The position numbers and the translations under genes were made by a program. Below are positions 27,056-36,446 of a DNA stretch of 46,212 nucleotides, piece by piece; position 1 is the first letter of the stretch; each line of letters opens with the position of its first letter. The DNA is taken from the IMG/VR virus record IMGVR_UViG_3300045285_000042, positions 1-46,212 of that record; one strand, 5' to 3'. The notes under the pieces are model-generated. The model made no database searches, was not told the origin of the DNA, and saw nothing but the letters and a program-made list of their open reading frames with translations. The DNA comes from a virus (lineage: Duplodnaviria; Caudoviricetes).

Positions 27056-28069
27056 TTATGCGTAGGTCGTCAGTGACCGTACAATAACCGACCAGTCATC
27101 CTTCAGGGTTTTCACCTTGAAGAAGGATTTCCAACCAACCGATGTGAACTGGTTGAGTGGGTCTGTCTTGTCGCCTTTAGCAAGCACTTGCAAGCTAGGC
27201 CGCGTGATATTCTGCGAGGCAAGGTTAACCATGCCGACTGCTTCGGAGCCAGTGCAAATGGTAGCATAAATGCCGCCAGTCGAACTGAATGTGCCTTCAG
27301 CTCCGCCAGTGGCTTCACGCCAAGGCTGAGTCGCTTCTACGAGCTTCATCCCATACCATGAGCCGAACTCGCCATTGAACAGGCCGTCATTGTTGCCACG
27401 GACACCTGCGTCCTGGAACAATTTATCCTGACGAATGTCGTAACCAGGCTGAGGAGCTACGATTGCCACGTAGTCAGTTCCGCCTTTGGTTCCTGCCGGG
27501 GTATGCGTATTGGCCGTAGCCTTTGGCGCACGGGCAGCCGTCAAGCGCGTGAACGCTTTCAGGAGGTCAGTGATAGCAAGCTTGCCGTCAGTCGTGGGCA
27601 GGGCCGCGAGGGTCGTCCAGTCGGCTGCGCCGCCTGCATATTGTTTGTTGGTCGCGTTAACTCCACTCTGATACTCAGTCGTAACTGCGAAATCGTAGTA
27701 GAGCGATGCGTTCTGGCCCATCCATGTCGAGACCAGTTGAAGGGTGTCGAACAGGTTGGTTTCACCGAGAATATCTGAGATAGTTGTTTTCTGACCGACT
27801 TGCGTGCAGGTCGCGTCAACGAACGTGAGCGAGTAATCGCTGTCGCTTGAAATCGCGGTTCCTTCTGTCAATGCCGATACAGTCGAGCGATCCGGGGCCA
27901 TAGGCCGCGTGAATCGCACTGTCAATGCTCCCATTCCTGGGGGCAAATTCCTCGTTTGGGGGAACTGAGCCATTACCAGCTTCTGAAGAACTGCTGTGAG
28001 CAGTTTCTTGTCGAAGTACTTCTGGTACTCGCCCGATAACCCACCCGATGAGGTAAGTAATTGTGCCAT
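27056..28069 (-). CDS. Major capsid protein (N4 gp56-like, HK97 fold)
   Basis: LP...G..TVRF, LTEGT, QVGQ..TISD, YVAIV.P...YDI, NGEFG...G, DPLNQ...VGWK. Follows the scaffold gene. Confidence 0.9.
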   Translation of the reverse strand: MAQLLTSSGGLSGEYQKYFDKKLLTAVLQKLVMAQFPQTRNLPPGMGALTVRFTRPMAPDRSTVSALTEGTAISSDSDYSLTFVDATCTQVGQKTTISDILGETNLFDTLQLVSTWMGQNASLYYDFAVTTEYQSGVNATNKQYAGGAADWTTLAALPTTDGKLAITDLLKAFTRLTAARAPKATANTHTPAGTKGGTDYVAIVAPQPGYDIRQDKLFQDAGVRGNNDGLFNGEFGSWYGMKLVEATQPWREATGGAEGTFSSTGGIYATICTGSEAVGMVNLASQNITRPSLQVLAKGDKTDPLNQFTSVGWKSFFKVKTLKDDWSVIVRSLTTYA

Positions 28070-28091
28070 TTAAGTTGTTTCTTCTTTCTTG

Positions 28092-29099
28092 CTATGCGTA
28101 AGCGAGGCGGTCTGAATCGAGTTGTCGTCTCAGTTGTTCGCCCTGTTCATCTGGTGATAAGTCACTGATGTTCCTTTCGGAGCGCGGCGTCGGGCCGCTA
28201 CCAGTGATTGATGTTCGCTGTTGCAATTCTTTGAGTTGCTTTTCTAAAGAAGCTTTCTCCTCCTTCAGCTTGGAAGCTTCAGCAGCTAACCGCAGGGCTT
28301 TCAGGTGCTCGTAAGCGTCCTTGAAACCATCGGGATACTCCCTCAACACCGGCTTGGCGTTGAGTAACTGCATCATCTGTTGACCGATTTCGCTGTTGAC
28401 ATCCATCAGTTCGGGAGCTTCTTTGAATACCTCTTTGCAGTTGGTGTCCCAGGACTGCTGCTGGGCTTGGTAGCCTTTCTGGTATTCTTCCTTTTGCTCC
28501 GCGAAATAGGATTCTTGCGCGGCTTGCCTTGCTTTGCGGGCAAGGTCGAAGTTCTTCTGGGCGGCTTCCGAGTCGCCTTCGTTAAGCGCCTTCATGGCCG
28601 TGGCTTCAAACTCGTCAACGGCTGCTGCCAGATGTTGCGAGCTAAAGCGTGGCCCTTGAGCTTTCTGCTTAGCCTGATTCTGCTGGACAAGCTGCTGTTG
28701 CAACTGTTCCAGTTGCTGTTGCATTCTTGCCTGCCATTTCAGCTTGCCTTCATCGAGCTTTTTCCAAGTCTCGTTCTGGCGTCTTTCGGCTGCTTCTAGT
28801 TCCTTCTTGCGCTTTTGATAGCTACTTTCGGGTTTCTGATCTTCTGCCGACGCTTCCAAGCTGTCGGACTTGTCTGCTTCTGTCTTTGGTTCCGCATCAG
28901 CCGCACGTTGCTGATCTTTTTGCGTGCTATCCTCTGGCTTGTCGGCTTTGGGTTCTTCGGCTTGCGACTCTGGGGTTATTACGCCGTAATCGGCTTTTAC
29001 CGCTTGTTCGCGTAACCTTGCGCCTTCTGCATCTGGCTCAGGGGATGAATCCACCATTGCTGGCAGGGATTCGGCGGAAACGATGTTTCCTTCGTTCAT
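28092..29099 (-). CDS. Capsid scaffolding protein
   Basis: Acidic, coiled-coil protein immediately upstream of the capsid gene. Confidence 0.75.
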   Translation of the reverse strand: MNEGNIVSAESLPAMVDSSPEPDAEGARLREQAVKADYGVITPESQAEEPKADKPEDSTQKDQQRAADAEPKTEADKSDSLEASAEDQKPESSYQKRKKELEAAERRQNETWKKLDEGKLKWQARMQQQLEQLQQQLVQQNQAKQKAQGPRFSSQHLAAAVDEFEATAMKALNEGDSEAAQKNFDLARKARQAAQESYFAEQKEEYQKGYQAQQQSWDTNCKEVFKEAPELMDVNSEIGQQMMQLLNAKPVLREYPDGFKDAYEHLKALRLAAEASKLKEEKASLEKQLKELQQRTSITGSGPTPRSERNISDLSPDEQGEQLRRQLDSDRLAYA

Positions 29100-29135
29100 G
29101 TGTTCTGGGGAGAACAGGTCTGCTGTAATGCGGAG

Positions 29136-29471
29136 CTAGAGTATTGCCTGTTCGTCAGTCTCTAGTTCCGAGGGTGCTGAATGCGCTTCAGCAGGCGATA
29201 AATGTTTTTCGATTACCTGAATGGCAATCATGAGGCCGTTAGCCTTGCCGCGTTCGTAGTCGCCGTTGCTCACGTCATTGCACGCCCGCATGGCCATAGC
29301 GAACATGGCATTGCGAAGGCGAAGCAGCAGGCGTTGGCCGGTATCTTGATGGAAAAAGCTGGTAGCTACCTGAGTGTTGCCGTCTGTCCAGAAGTTAGCT
29401 TTGTCGGCAATGTCAAAGTATTGCTGAGACTCCTTGGCGAGTCGGTAGGCGGCTATTAGGCGTTTAATCAT
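29136..29471 (-). CDS. Hypothetical protein between portal and scaffold
   Basis: FF..DTG..LL..L...G...G pattern typical of this gene position. Confidence 0.65.
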   Translation of the reverse strand: MIKRLIAAYRLAKESQQYFDIADKANFWTDGNTQVATSFFHQDTGQRLLLRLRNAMFAMAMRACNDVSNGDYERGKANGLMIAIQVIEKHLSPAEAHSAPSELETDEQAIL

Positions 29472-29580
29472 TCCTTGCGGTATTTCTTCAGGCGGAGTTC
29501 CTCTTTGACTATCTGGCGTATCTCAGCCAGTAATTCCTTGCGAAGCTTGCGAATGGCTTCGTAGATCAGGTCGGTTGTCG

Positions 29581-31758
29581 TCACACCTTCGGCGGCATCG
29601 CGGGCCTTACGGGCGGCTGTGGCCTATTAGCGTCTGCAATCGCCTTAGCCGTGTTTAACGACTGGCTTGGCGGGGCTACTTCCTTGGCCAATGGCGGCAA
29701 GCCCATCTTGACTAGGGCGGCGTTTACGTCAGTGACGTCAACATGCGCCCCAGCCTTCATTAGCGAAGCCAAAGCCTGAGCAACCTGCGGGGCCGTGTTC
29801 TGCTGGCCGCCTGCGCCGCCTGCTGCCGGTGCTGGCTGGCCCATTGGCGGTGCGCCCATGGGCGGCATACCGCCGCCTGCTTGTGCGCCTGCGGCTTGCA
29901 TGACTCCCGGCGAAGTTGGCTGCGGCTGGCCTTGGCCCTGCTGCATGGCTTGCTGCTGGGCTATCTTCATCATCATGTTCTGCTGCTTCTGATACAGGGC
30001 AGCTTGCGGGTTGCGCTTTGTTTTCGCCTGATTGATGTGCAGTTGGCGGTGGTTTAAGTGGTTCTTTGTATAATCCGGGGTCATTGGCTCGCCGGTCTGA
30101 ATCCTGCGCTCTGCGAATCCGTCCAATGTTTGAATGTGCGCGTCGTCGTTGTCTTGCGGCTTAGCTACCACCGGGAAGCCAATCAGCATGTCGTTGATTT
30201 CGCCTGCCTGCCTCTCGCCCTCTGACTGGGCGGATTGGCCGGTATCCTGAAATAGTCTCTTGACAAGCCTTGGCCACTTGCTGTTTTCCAGTAGCCACTT
30301 CAAATTTTCATCCTGGTTGACGTTCGGCTTGCCGAATAGCTGCTGGTAAAGCAGTTGAGCTTCCTGCCACCGTTGCGTTACGTCCCATGAATCGGCGCTG
30401 CCGCTGGGCGTAATGGTGTAGCTGTCTTGCAATGCTTCGGGGGGAAGCTGTTGGGCGTCTGAGTCGTAAATGTATTGCAACTGTTGGCCCGCATACTGAA
30501 CCAGCAACGCCCATGATTGCTTGTAAATCTGGCCCATCTGCCGCCTGAACATGCGTGAGCGTAAGTCGTTCGACTGGCTGCTAAGACCAATGACCGCTCT
30601 GACCTGCGTGGCTGTCTTGCTGCCACTCTGTGGGCCTGCAAGATGTTCGCTGCTGCCAAGGTCGGGTATGGCTATTCTGGCTTCTGCCAAAGCCCTGACA
30701 AACTGCATCTGCTTCTCGAAGTCTAGCGGAACATCAGGGTTGACCACTGGCTTAATGCCTTGAGGCAAAATGCTGCCGGGGCTGGTGTCAATGTTCCGGG
30801 TATTGCCGGGGGTAAGGCTGTCGTTGGTGAAAGTCGGTTGGCCGTGGAAGTCTAAATGTTGAAGCTGGGAGTTCCAGCTTTTGCACAGCATGAGTTCATG
30901 CTGGAAAATGATTTCGGCTATGCCTCTTGAACTGTAGTAACCTTTTTGGCCTTCGTCGCATCGCAACACAACGAACGGCAGTTCCCCATGGTTGTAGGGT
31001 AACCCCATCGGTTCACGCACTGGAACGTCGTAGCCTTTGACTGGCGAAATGGTTTCAACCTGCCATTTGTCGTTCTCTCTTGTATAGACTTCCCATAGGA
31101 CGATTTGAGATTTCTCAGGGGCATACGTTAGTCCTTCTCTCTGGTAGCGGTCTTGTTCTTTGACGTTGGAAATCATCGTGTCGCCGTCGCCGCGACCTAC
31201 GATTGAGTCCACGAAGTCGTCGCCTTGCGTGTAATTCTTGTTGCGCTCGTATTCGGCGCGGGAAAGCCTGAGCACATGCACGCACCAGTCGGCGTCCTGT
31301 ATGTCCTGTGTCCATTCAGGGACAATGACGTAAAGCGGGTCAACAGCGTCGTAGCCCAATTGGTTCTTTTTGGCGTTCCAATAGACTTTGATCGGGCAAA
31401 GGCCGTAGGTAAGATGTGTGTCGGCCCCGACCATCAGCGAAACCTCAAAGTTGCTGTTCTGTTTGATCTGGTAATCAAACCAAAGCTCAGCCATCGTGGT
31501 TAACTCGCGGGCTTGGGCGTTTTCGCTGACAAAAGTGGCTATCCGCTCCTCAGAATAGATTTGCTGGGCGTAAAATGGCTTCAGCTTCTCGATTTCTTCG
31601 TCAATGAGGGCGTAATGTACGTCAGGCGCGCCAGGATAGGGCTTTTTGGCCCTGCGCTGGCCTTTGTAACGCATCCTGTACCAAGTTGCGTTGTTGGTTT
31701 CCCAGGTGAAGCGACGTTTAATCGCGTCCAGGACTTCCGTGTAGGTAGATTTGTCCAT
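29581..31758 (-). CDS. Portal protein (P22-like) with Gln/Pro-rich C-terminal extension
   Basis: Directly after TerL. KVYW, VDP..V.VP, LPFV, GIAE, KTATQV. Confidence 0.88.
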   Translation of the reverse strand: MDKSTYTEVLDAIKRRFTWETNNATWYRMRYKGQRRAKKPYPGAPDVHYALIDEEIEKLKPFYAQQIYSEERIATFVSENAQARELTTMAELWFDYQIKQNSNFEVSLMVGADTHLTYGLCPIKVYWNAKKNQLGYDAVDPLYVIVPEWTQDIQDADWCVHVLRLSRAEYERNKNYTQGDDFVDSIVGRGDGDTMISNVKEQDRYQREGLTYAPEKSQIVLWEVYTRENDKWQVETISPVKGYDVPVREPMGLPYNHGELPFVVLRCDEGQKGYYSSRGIAEIIFQHELMLCKSWNSQLQHLDFHGQPTFTNDSLTPGNTRNIDTSPGSILPQGIKPVVNPDVPLDFEKQMQFVRALAEARIAIPDLGSSEHLAGPQSGSKTATQVRAVIGLSSQSNDLRSRMFRRQMGQIYKQSWALLVQYAGQQLQYIYDSDAQQLPPEALQDSYTITPSGSADSWDVTQRWQEAQLLYQQLFGKPNVNQDENLKWLLENSKWPRLVKRLFQDTGQSAQSEGERQAGEINDMLIGFPVVAKPQDNDDAHIQTLDGFAERRIQTGEPMTPDYTKNHLNHRQLHINQAKTKRNPQAALYQKQQNMMMKIAQQQAMQQGQGQPQPTSPGVMQAAGAQAGGGMPPMGAPPMGQPAPAAGGAGGQQNTAPQVAQALASLMKAGAHVDVTDVNAALVKMGLPPLAKEVAPPSQSLNTAKAIADANRPQPPVRPAMPPKV

Positions 31759-33140
31759 TACAAGCCAACGGAGATACCGTCGAACGTCTTATTTCTGTTA
31801 AATTGCTCAATCGTGTCAAAGAACGAGTCTCTTGACTTCAACATGCTGTTGTCCACGGCGCTCATGGCCCCAAACAGGGCGTCCACGCGATCTGGTGACT
31901 CAATTCCGTTCTTTTCCATGCGATATTTCTCTTCAAGGCCAAGGCGACCGTCCACTGTGAACTCTTTCTTGCGGGTAACTAGCTGCTCAAAGAGAATGTC
32001 GTCCCTTGGTATGATTACCTCGCGGTTAATGATCTTTTGCGCCCCTGTTAGCCATGCAAAGGCCGACCAGCTTTTGTATTGCAAGAACTTGTCTAGCCGT
32101 GCACCAAAGTTTTGCCTGTGAATGTTATAGCCAGCCATTGACAAGCCATCGAGTATGTTCTTGGCCGCTGCGTCGCCTGCTACCTCATGCGCCCCAAGGT
32201 TATTCTTGCGCATCAGATAGATGCAGCGCCCCACGATGGCGTCTTTATCCTTCTCCCGCCATGCGTCTGCCATCTCATACTTATTGCCATCACGTACGAA
32301 GAACACGTTCTCTGCTCTGCCTTCTGCAAAGTCGAAGAAGCCGTAGCGGAAGCCGGGCGAATGTTTTGGCGGGCTATCCCAGCAGGCCAGCACTTGCTCG
32401 CGGGTGAGCACGTAATGGTCTTTGTCGTCGCTCTCCATGAACTCGCCGTAGAGAGTCGAGCGGGTGACAGGGTGAGTTTCACCGTAAGTAGCTAGAACGT
32501 GGTTAATGCGCTCAAGCGGTATGTGCGGGCAGTCGGCCAAGCCTGCGCTGACGCATTTCCATTGCGACCTAAGCTTAGTATGCGTTTCGTAGAACCGGCC
32601 CATCATCAGGCCGGGGGAGCTAATGAACATGAGCACGTCAGGCGTGCAGCGACCGTCTATGGCGTCAAAGATGCCTTCGTCAACTTCCTTGGCCTCGTTG
32701 ACGATCATCAGCAGCGGGCTGCCTTCTCTGCTGTGCCAGCCTTCTGCTCTGCTTGCGTCATTGGTGACAAAGGCTATGGCTTCGCCGCCCTCAGGCGTTT
32801 TAAGTGAGAAATGCGGGCTTTCCACTGGCGGGTTATACCGGAACTTCTGGTAATGCTTTTTGATGGAATCCTGCGTTTGCTCGGTAATCTGCAACTGCGA
32901 TTTACTGGTAATGACCACTCGCCCCTTGGGGTGCATGGTCAGCCACCAGAAAACTGCCGTTGGTATGACGTGACTGTCTTTGCCGGAGCCGTTCGGTGCG
33001 CAAACGCTAATGTTCTGGCGTTTGCCTCCTGGCCCTGCGCTCTCCAAGGGGAGCAATGCTTCGGCCTGCCACTGGTATAAATCCAAACCGAGCATCGCCT
33101 TGGCAAAGCCGGTTGTGGTTGCAAGTAGCGGGTCAATCAT
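31758..33140 (-). CDS. terL: Terminase large subunit
   Basis: LYQWQ, Walker A APNGSGKD, Walker B-like MIVNEAK, ISSPG, LYGEF, nuclease FDFA, C-terminal SPDRVDA. Confidence 0.92.
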   Translation of the reverse strand: MIDPLLATTTGFAKAMLGLDLYQWQAEALLPLESAGPGGKRQNISVCAPNGSGKDSHVIPTAVFWWLTMHPKGRVVITSKSQLQITEQTQDSIKKHYQKFRYNPPVESPHFSLKTPEGGEAIAFVTNDASRAEGWHSREGSPLLMIVNEAKEVDEGIFDAIDGRCTPDVLMFISSPGLMMGRFYETHTKLRSQWKCVSAGLADCPHIPLERINHVLATYGETHPVTRSTLYGEFMESDDKDHYVLTREQVLACWDSPPKHSPGFRYGFFDFAEGRAENVFFVRDGNKYEMADAWREKDKDAIVGRCIYLMRKNNLGAHEVAGDAAAKNILDGLSMAGYNIHRQNFGARLDKFLQYKSWSAFAWLTGAQKIINREVIIPRDDILFEQLVTRKKEFTVDGRLGLEEKYRMEKNGIESPDRVDALFGAMSAVDNSMLKSRDSFFDTIEQFNRNKTFDGISVGL

Positions 33141-33633
33141 TCTGCCAATACCACAAAACTCCGGCTTCGGCGGGGATAGAAATACCAAGCGCCTTGCATG
33201 TGTCGGGATTCATGTCTAAACCCGCGCCATTGGTGATGTATTTCTTCCACGGCATCCTATCCTTCACCATTGCGGTTACAGTGCCGTTTACCGAAGTTAC
33301 TTTTACAAGCTGATGTTTGGCGGCTAACGTGCTGCCGAACCTTGCTATCATGTCGTCTGGCGTAATGGCCACTATCGGCCCGCTGCCTTCTGAGCAATCG
33401 TCGCCCCAGCAGCCTATGCCGTTGTCGCCTACCCTGAAACATTCATGGTCGGAGTGGCCGTCAATCTTGCATAGCTTGAACGCCCGCACATCGGCAGGGT
33501 CGGCGAATGACGTGCCTTTTACGGCGTGCTGGCCGTTCTCAAGGGCAGCCGCTATGGCTCGCCTTGTGTTCGGGCCTTCCATGCCGTCCACTTCTACGCC
33601 GAGAAGCGTCTGTAGGTCTCTTATGACGCTCAA
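33133..33633 (-). CDS. Putative endolysin: peptidoglycan-binding motif plus RlpA-like double-psi beta-barrel
   Basis: LQTLLGVEVDGMEGPNTRRAI (PG-binding), then V.V......V...V.DRMP...LDMNP....ALG. Confidence 0.75.
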   Translation of the reverse strand: MSVIRDLQTLLGVEVDGMEGPNTRRAIAAALENGQHAVKGTSFADPADVRAFKLCKIDGHSDHECFRVGDNGIGCWGDDCSEGSGPIVAITPDDMIARFGSTLAAKHQLVKVTSVNGTVTAMVKDRMPWKKYITNGAGLDMNPDTCKALGISIPAEAGVLWYWQND

Positions 33634-33782
33634 AGTGCCTGCTGTATCACGTCGAGCAGTTTTAATATCATTGGATGATCATAGAAATGCTCCCTGAGGG
33701 CATGGATGTGTCCTAGTGTAGTGAGTCGCGGGGCAGGCTTGTCGGGATTTTCTTCCCGCATGTAGTTCTGGGTGGTTATCAT
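33630..33782 (-). CDS. Hypothetical protein (50 aa)
   Basis: TAATG/ATGA-coupled. Probable start is MITTQNY. Confidence 0.5.
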   Translation of the reverse strand: MITTQNYMREENPDKPAPRLTTLGHIHALREHFYDHPMILKLLDVIQQAL

Positions 33783-33928
33783 TAGTGAATCAAGTGGACG
33801 CCGCCGAGCAGGACTGACAAGACCCAGAAGGCCAAGCCAGCGGCTACAAGGTTGAATCTGCTGCCGACGCCGAAGGTCGCGCATGTGAATAGCACGAAGG
33901 CGAATACGAGTAGGATTAGTGTTAGCAT
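33782..33928 (-). CDS. Small two-TM membrane protein (48 aa)
   Basis: MLTLILLVFAFVLFTCATFGVGSRFNLVAAGLAFWVLSVLLGGVHLIH, read manually. Confidence 0.7.
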   Translation of the reverse strand: MLTLILLVFAFVLFTCATFGVGSRFNLVAAGLAFWVLSVLLGGVHLIH

Positions 33929-33929
33929 A

Positions 33930-34673
33930 TTATTTCAGTCTTGGTTGTTTGCGTTTGCCTTCCCAGTTCTCGCCTACCTTTGGCGGGCTGGGGCAAATGT
34001 GGTAAACAAAAGCACTTGGTAAAATTCGCCTGTTAGCTTCCGGCCATGAGGCCGCGAACATCATATCGTCGTGAGCAGCCGTACCCAGCGAGTAAGGGTA
34101 GGGTTTCTGGCAACTAGCGTGCCACATTTGGAAATAGCCGCACGGTAGATAGCCCCTAAGCGAGCAAACAAGCCTGTGCGCGGGCGTTCCATGATTAGGA
34201 GCAAGCAGTAATCGGTAATTATGTTGCCGCTCTGGTCTGTGTAGCTTATCAATGTTCGCTTTGCCGACGACATTGAGCCTGTCTGCCCCGTAGATGGTGT
34301 TCCTATCAAGCTTGGAGTGGTTGAACAGGAGCCTGTAGAAGCTCGGAGGGAGCAGTATGTCGGAGTCCAGGTGTAATCGCCATCCGTTGTACTGGAAGTA
34401 GTCGAAGCCTGCGTTGATTGCCGCGCCTTTGTTGAAGCTGCGCCCGTTTTTGTTGAACAAGTCCGTTTGGACGCAGATCGCCCCGTAGTTCCTGGCGACC
34501 GCTTGAGTCTTTTTGTCGGCATGGGTTGTTACTACAATGTAGGTGTCGCATTCCCCGATGTTTCGGGATAGGTTGAAATCAAGCAGGTCATCAAAGCCGA
34601 CACAGGTCGTGACAATCTCAAGCCTTGTGTCTTCATAGGTCGGCGTGGGAGCGCCGCCAACAAACTGGCTCAT
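33930..34673 (-). CDS. GT-A fold (family 2-like) glycosyltransferase
   Basis: IVTTCV, FNKGAAINAG, LHLDSDI (DxD), GYFQMW, DD..F. Confidence 0.85.
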   Translation of the reverse strand: MSQFVGGAPTPTYEDTRLEIVTTCVGFDDLLDFNLSRNIGECDTYIVVTTHADKKTQAVARNYGAICVQTDLFNKNGRSFNKGAAINAGFDYFQYNGWRLHLDSDILLPPSFYRLLFNHSKLDRNTIYGADRLNVVGKANIDKLHRPERQHNYRLLLAPNHGTPAHRLVCSLRGYLPCGYFQMWHASCQKPYPYSLGTAAHDDMMFAASWPEANRRILPSAFVYHICPSPPKVGENWEGKRKQPRLK

Positions 34674-34849
34674 TTGTTTTTGACGATATAGGCGTCCGTG
34701 CAGACCCCTTTGTGATCGAGGACTATCATTAGGTCAAAGCCGTGTTGCGCCAGTGACTTCTCGATGTGGTAGAAAATGTCTTCGTGGTTCTTTATGAACT
34801 TGTGCCAGTAGATGCGTTTGGGGCCGGTAGACGTTGTTGCTTGAGTCAT
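34670..34849 (-). CDS. Hypothetical protein (59 aa)
   Basis: Fills the gap and is ATGA-coupled to the glycosyltransferase. Confidence 0.5.
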   Translation of the reverse strand: MTQATTSTGPKRIYWHKFIKNHEDIFYHIEKSLAQHGFDLMIVLDHKGVCTDAYIVKNK

Positions 34850-34850
34850 G

Positions 34851-35072
34851 TTACTTTCCGTTCATAACCGAGGTGACTGTGGTGGCTGCTTTCTTAGAAG
34901 CATAAATAACTACTGCGAAAAGTGATTGGTCGGCCAGGTTTGGCACAATGCCCTTGGTAAAGACTATGTAGGTGTCCCATGTCAACAGGGCCATAACTAT
35001 GATGCCAGTGAAGACAAAGGCGAAAGATGCTCTGTCATTGTCTTCAAATACTTGCCTAAGCCAGCAACTCAT
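34851..35072 (-). CDS. Holin-like two-TM protein
   Basis: Two hydrophobic segments and a basic C-terminus, within the lysis region. Confidence 0.6.
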   Translation of the reverse strand: MSCWLRQVFEDNDRASFAFVFTGIIVMALLTWDTYIVFTKGIVPNLADQSLFAVVIYASKKAATTVTSVMNGK

Positions 35073-35245
35073 GGGCCGTCTTCTGCCGTGCTTCTGAGTA
35101 GCGGGGCGATGGGCGATAAATCTGGTTTTTGTTCTACCTTGGCCACTGGCGCTGCGCGACGATGCCCTGCATGATGCTTGGGGCGTGGAACGGTCTGGCA
35201 GCCGAACAGGCAGATAATGAGAACAAGCAAAATGTAAGTCGTCAT
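35069..35245 (-). CDS. Small lipoprotein (58 aa, o-spanin-like)
   Basis: MTTYILLVLIICLFG-C lipobox and a Pro-rich mature part, ATGA-coupled on both sides. Read manually. Confidence 0.6.
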   Translation of the reverse strand: MTTYILLVLIICLFGCQTVPRPKHHAGHRRAAPVAKVEQKPDLSPIAPLLRSTAEDGP

Positions 35246-35613
35246 TTCTTGGCCTTCTTGCTGTCCTCAAGCAAAGCTGCAATAACATCCAGCTTGGTCT
35301 GCACGCTTGTTAGCTTTTCATTGACCGAGGCGTAACTGGCTTCGAGTCTGGTTATCCTTACGTCCAGGCTGTGGATGTCCGAGGAATTTGCCTGCATGTT
35401 AATCCTGCCCCAGACTGGCCCATGTTCGTTTATGTCTTTAACAATTTCTGCCAGTTGGCGTATGTTTTCGGCGTTGCGTTGCGGGAGCGAACCGAAGTTT
35501 GCCCACCACGCCAGAAATGCGGCTATTAATCCGATGCAGATAAGTAGATGCCCTATGTTGAACGTCCAAAATCCAAACTGCTTTAGTGAACCGTTGACTT
35601 CCTGCATTGTCAT
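35242..35613 (-). CDS. Single-TM coiled-coil membrane protein (holin- or i-spanin-like)
   Basis: N-terminal TM followed by a heptad-rich region. Confidence 0.65.
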   Translation of the reverse strand: MTMQEVNGSLKQFGFWTFNIGHLLICIGLIAAFLAWWANFGSLPQRNAENIRQLAEIVKDINEHGPVWGRINMQANSSDIHSLDVRITRLEASYASVNEKLTSVQTKLDVIAALLEDSKKAKK

Positions 35614-35756
35614 ATCTTCGGGCGCACGGCCATCTTGTCGGTCTGCATGTCGCGTGCGTAATCAAGTTGCATCTGGATGCTAACAACTCGCATGTAAGAC
35701 GAGTAAGCAAAAGTAAGGCAAACCATTGCTACGCAAGCCAGGAAGGTTAGCTTCAT
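35610..35756 (-). CDS. Small single-TM protein
   Basis: MKLTFLACVAMVCLTFAYS..., ATGA-coupled. Confidence 0.55.
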   Translation of the reverse strand: MKLTFLACVAMVCLTFAYSSYMRVVSIQMQLDYARDMQTDKMAVRPKI

Positions 35757-36322
35757 ATGCCTACGCCTGTCAGGGCTAACAGCGGGCCTTTGAATATCCA
35801 GATGCCTGCGGCCAAGCATAAGCCTGCGGCTATCCAGAACCGCTTAACCCAGCCATGCCTAGAGGCTTGAAGGGCCGTGTTCTGGACGACTTGCTTGTCG
35901 TAATTCTGAGCCACGGTGTTACATGCGGCAGTTTGTTTATTAAGTTCGTTCGTGAGATCGGTAGCCTGTACCTGTAAATTGTCATTGTAAGTTTTAAGTT
36001 CGTCGTTTGACGCTTGTGCAGCCTCCAATTCTGCGGTAAGGGCGTCCACCTTTGTTTTGTCTTCCGGCAGGGTTAGCGTTAGCGTCTTGACGATTGCTTC
36101 TGCTTTTTTAATGTGTGTTTCTGTCGCTACCTGTTGGACAGCTATCTTGCTCTGCGACTGCGAGATAGGAACAGTGCTTGGAGCAATAAAGTGCGAAACT
36201 GTCGCGGGTTGTGTCGCGCATCCCACCATAAAGAGGGCGGCGATAACGCTGGCTAACCGGGCATTGAACGCCACAGTCAATGTACGCGACCAGCAGAGAA
36301 TTATGTTATCGCCGCAAATCAT
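35753..36322 (-). CDS. Lipoprotein with coiled coil and C-terminal TM (unimolecular-spanin-like topology)
   Basis: VIAALFMVG-C lipobox, long coiled coil, and FWIAAGLCLAAGIWIF. Confidence 0.7.
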   Translation of the reverse strand: MICGDNIILCWSRTLTVAFNARLASVIAALFMVGCATQPATVSHFIAPSTVPISQSQSKIAVQQVATETHIKKAEAIVKTLTLTLPEDKTKVDALTAELEAAQASNDELKTYNDNLQVQATDLTNELNKQTAACNTVAQNYDKQVVQNTALQASRHGWVKRFWIAAGLCLAAGIWIFKGPLLALTGVGI

Positions 36323-36446
36323 TTGTTAATTTGTTTTTGTGCTTTACGCAAAGTCTTTTGGGCTATGCGCTCGCGCTCTAGCACGGCAGCATAAGCCCGC
36401 CAGAGAGCAGCCGCGTCGCCTGTCGGCCTGTGTAATACTTGGCCGG

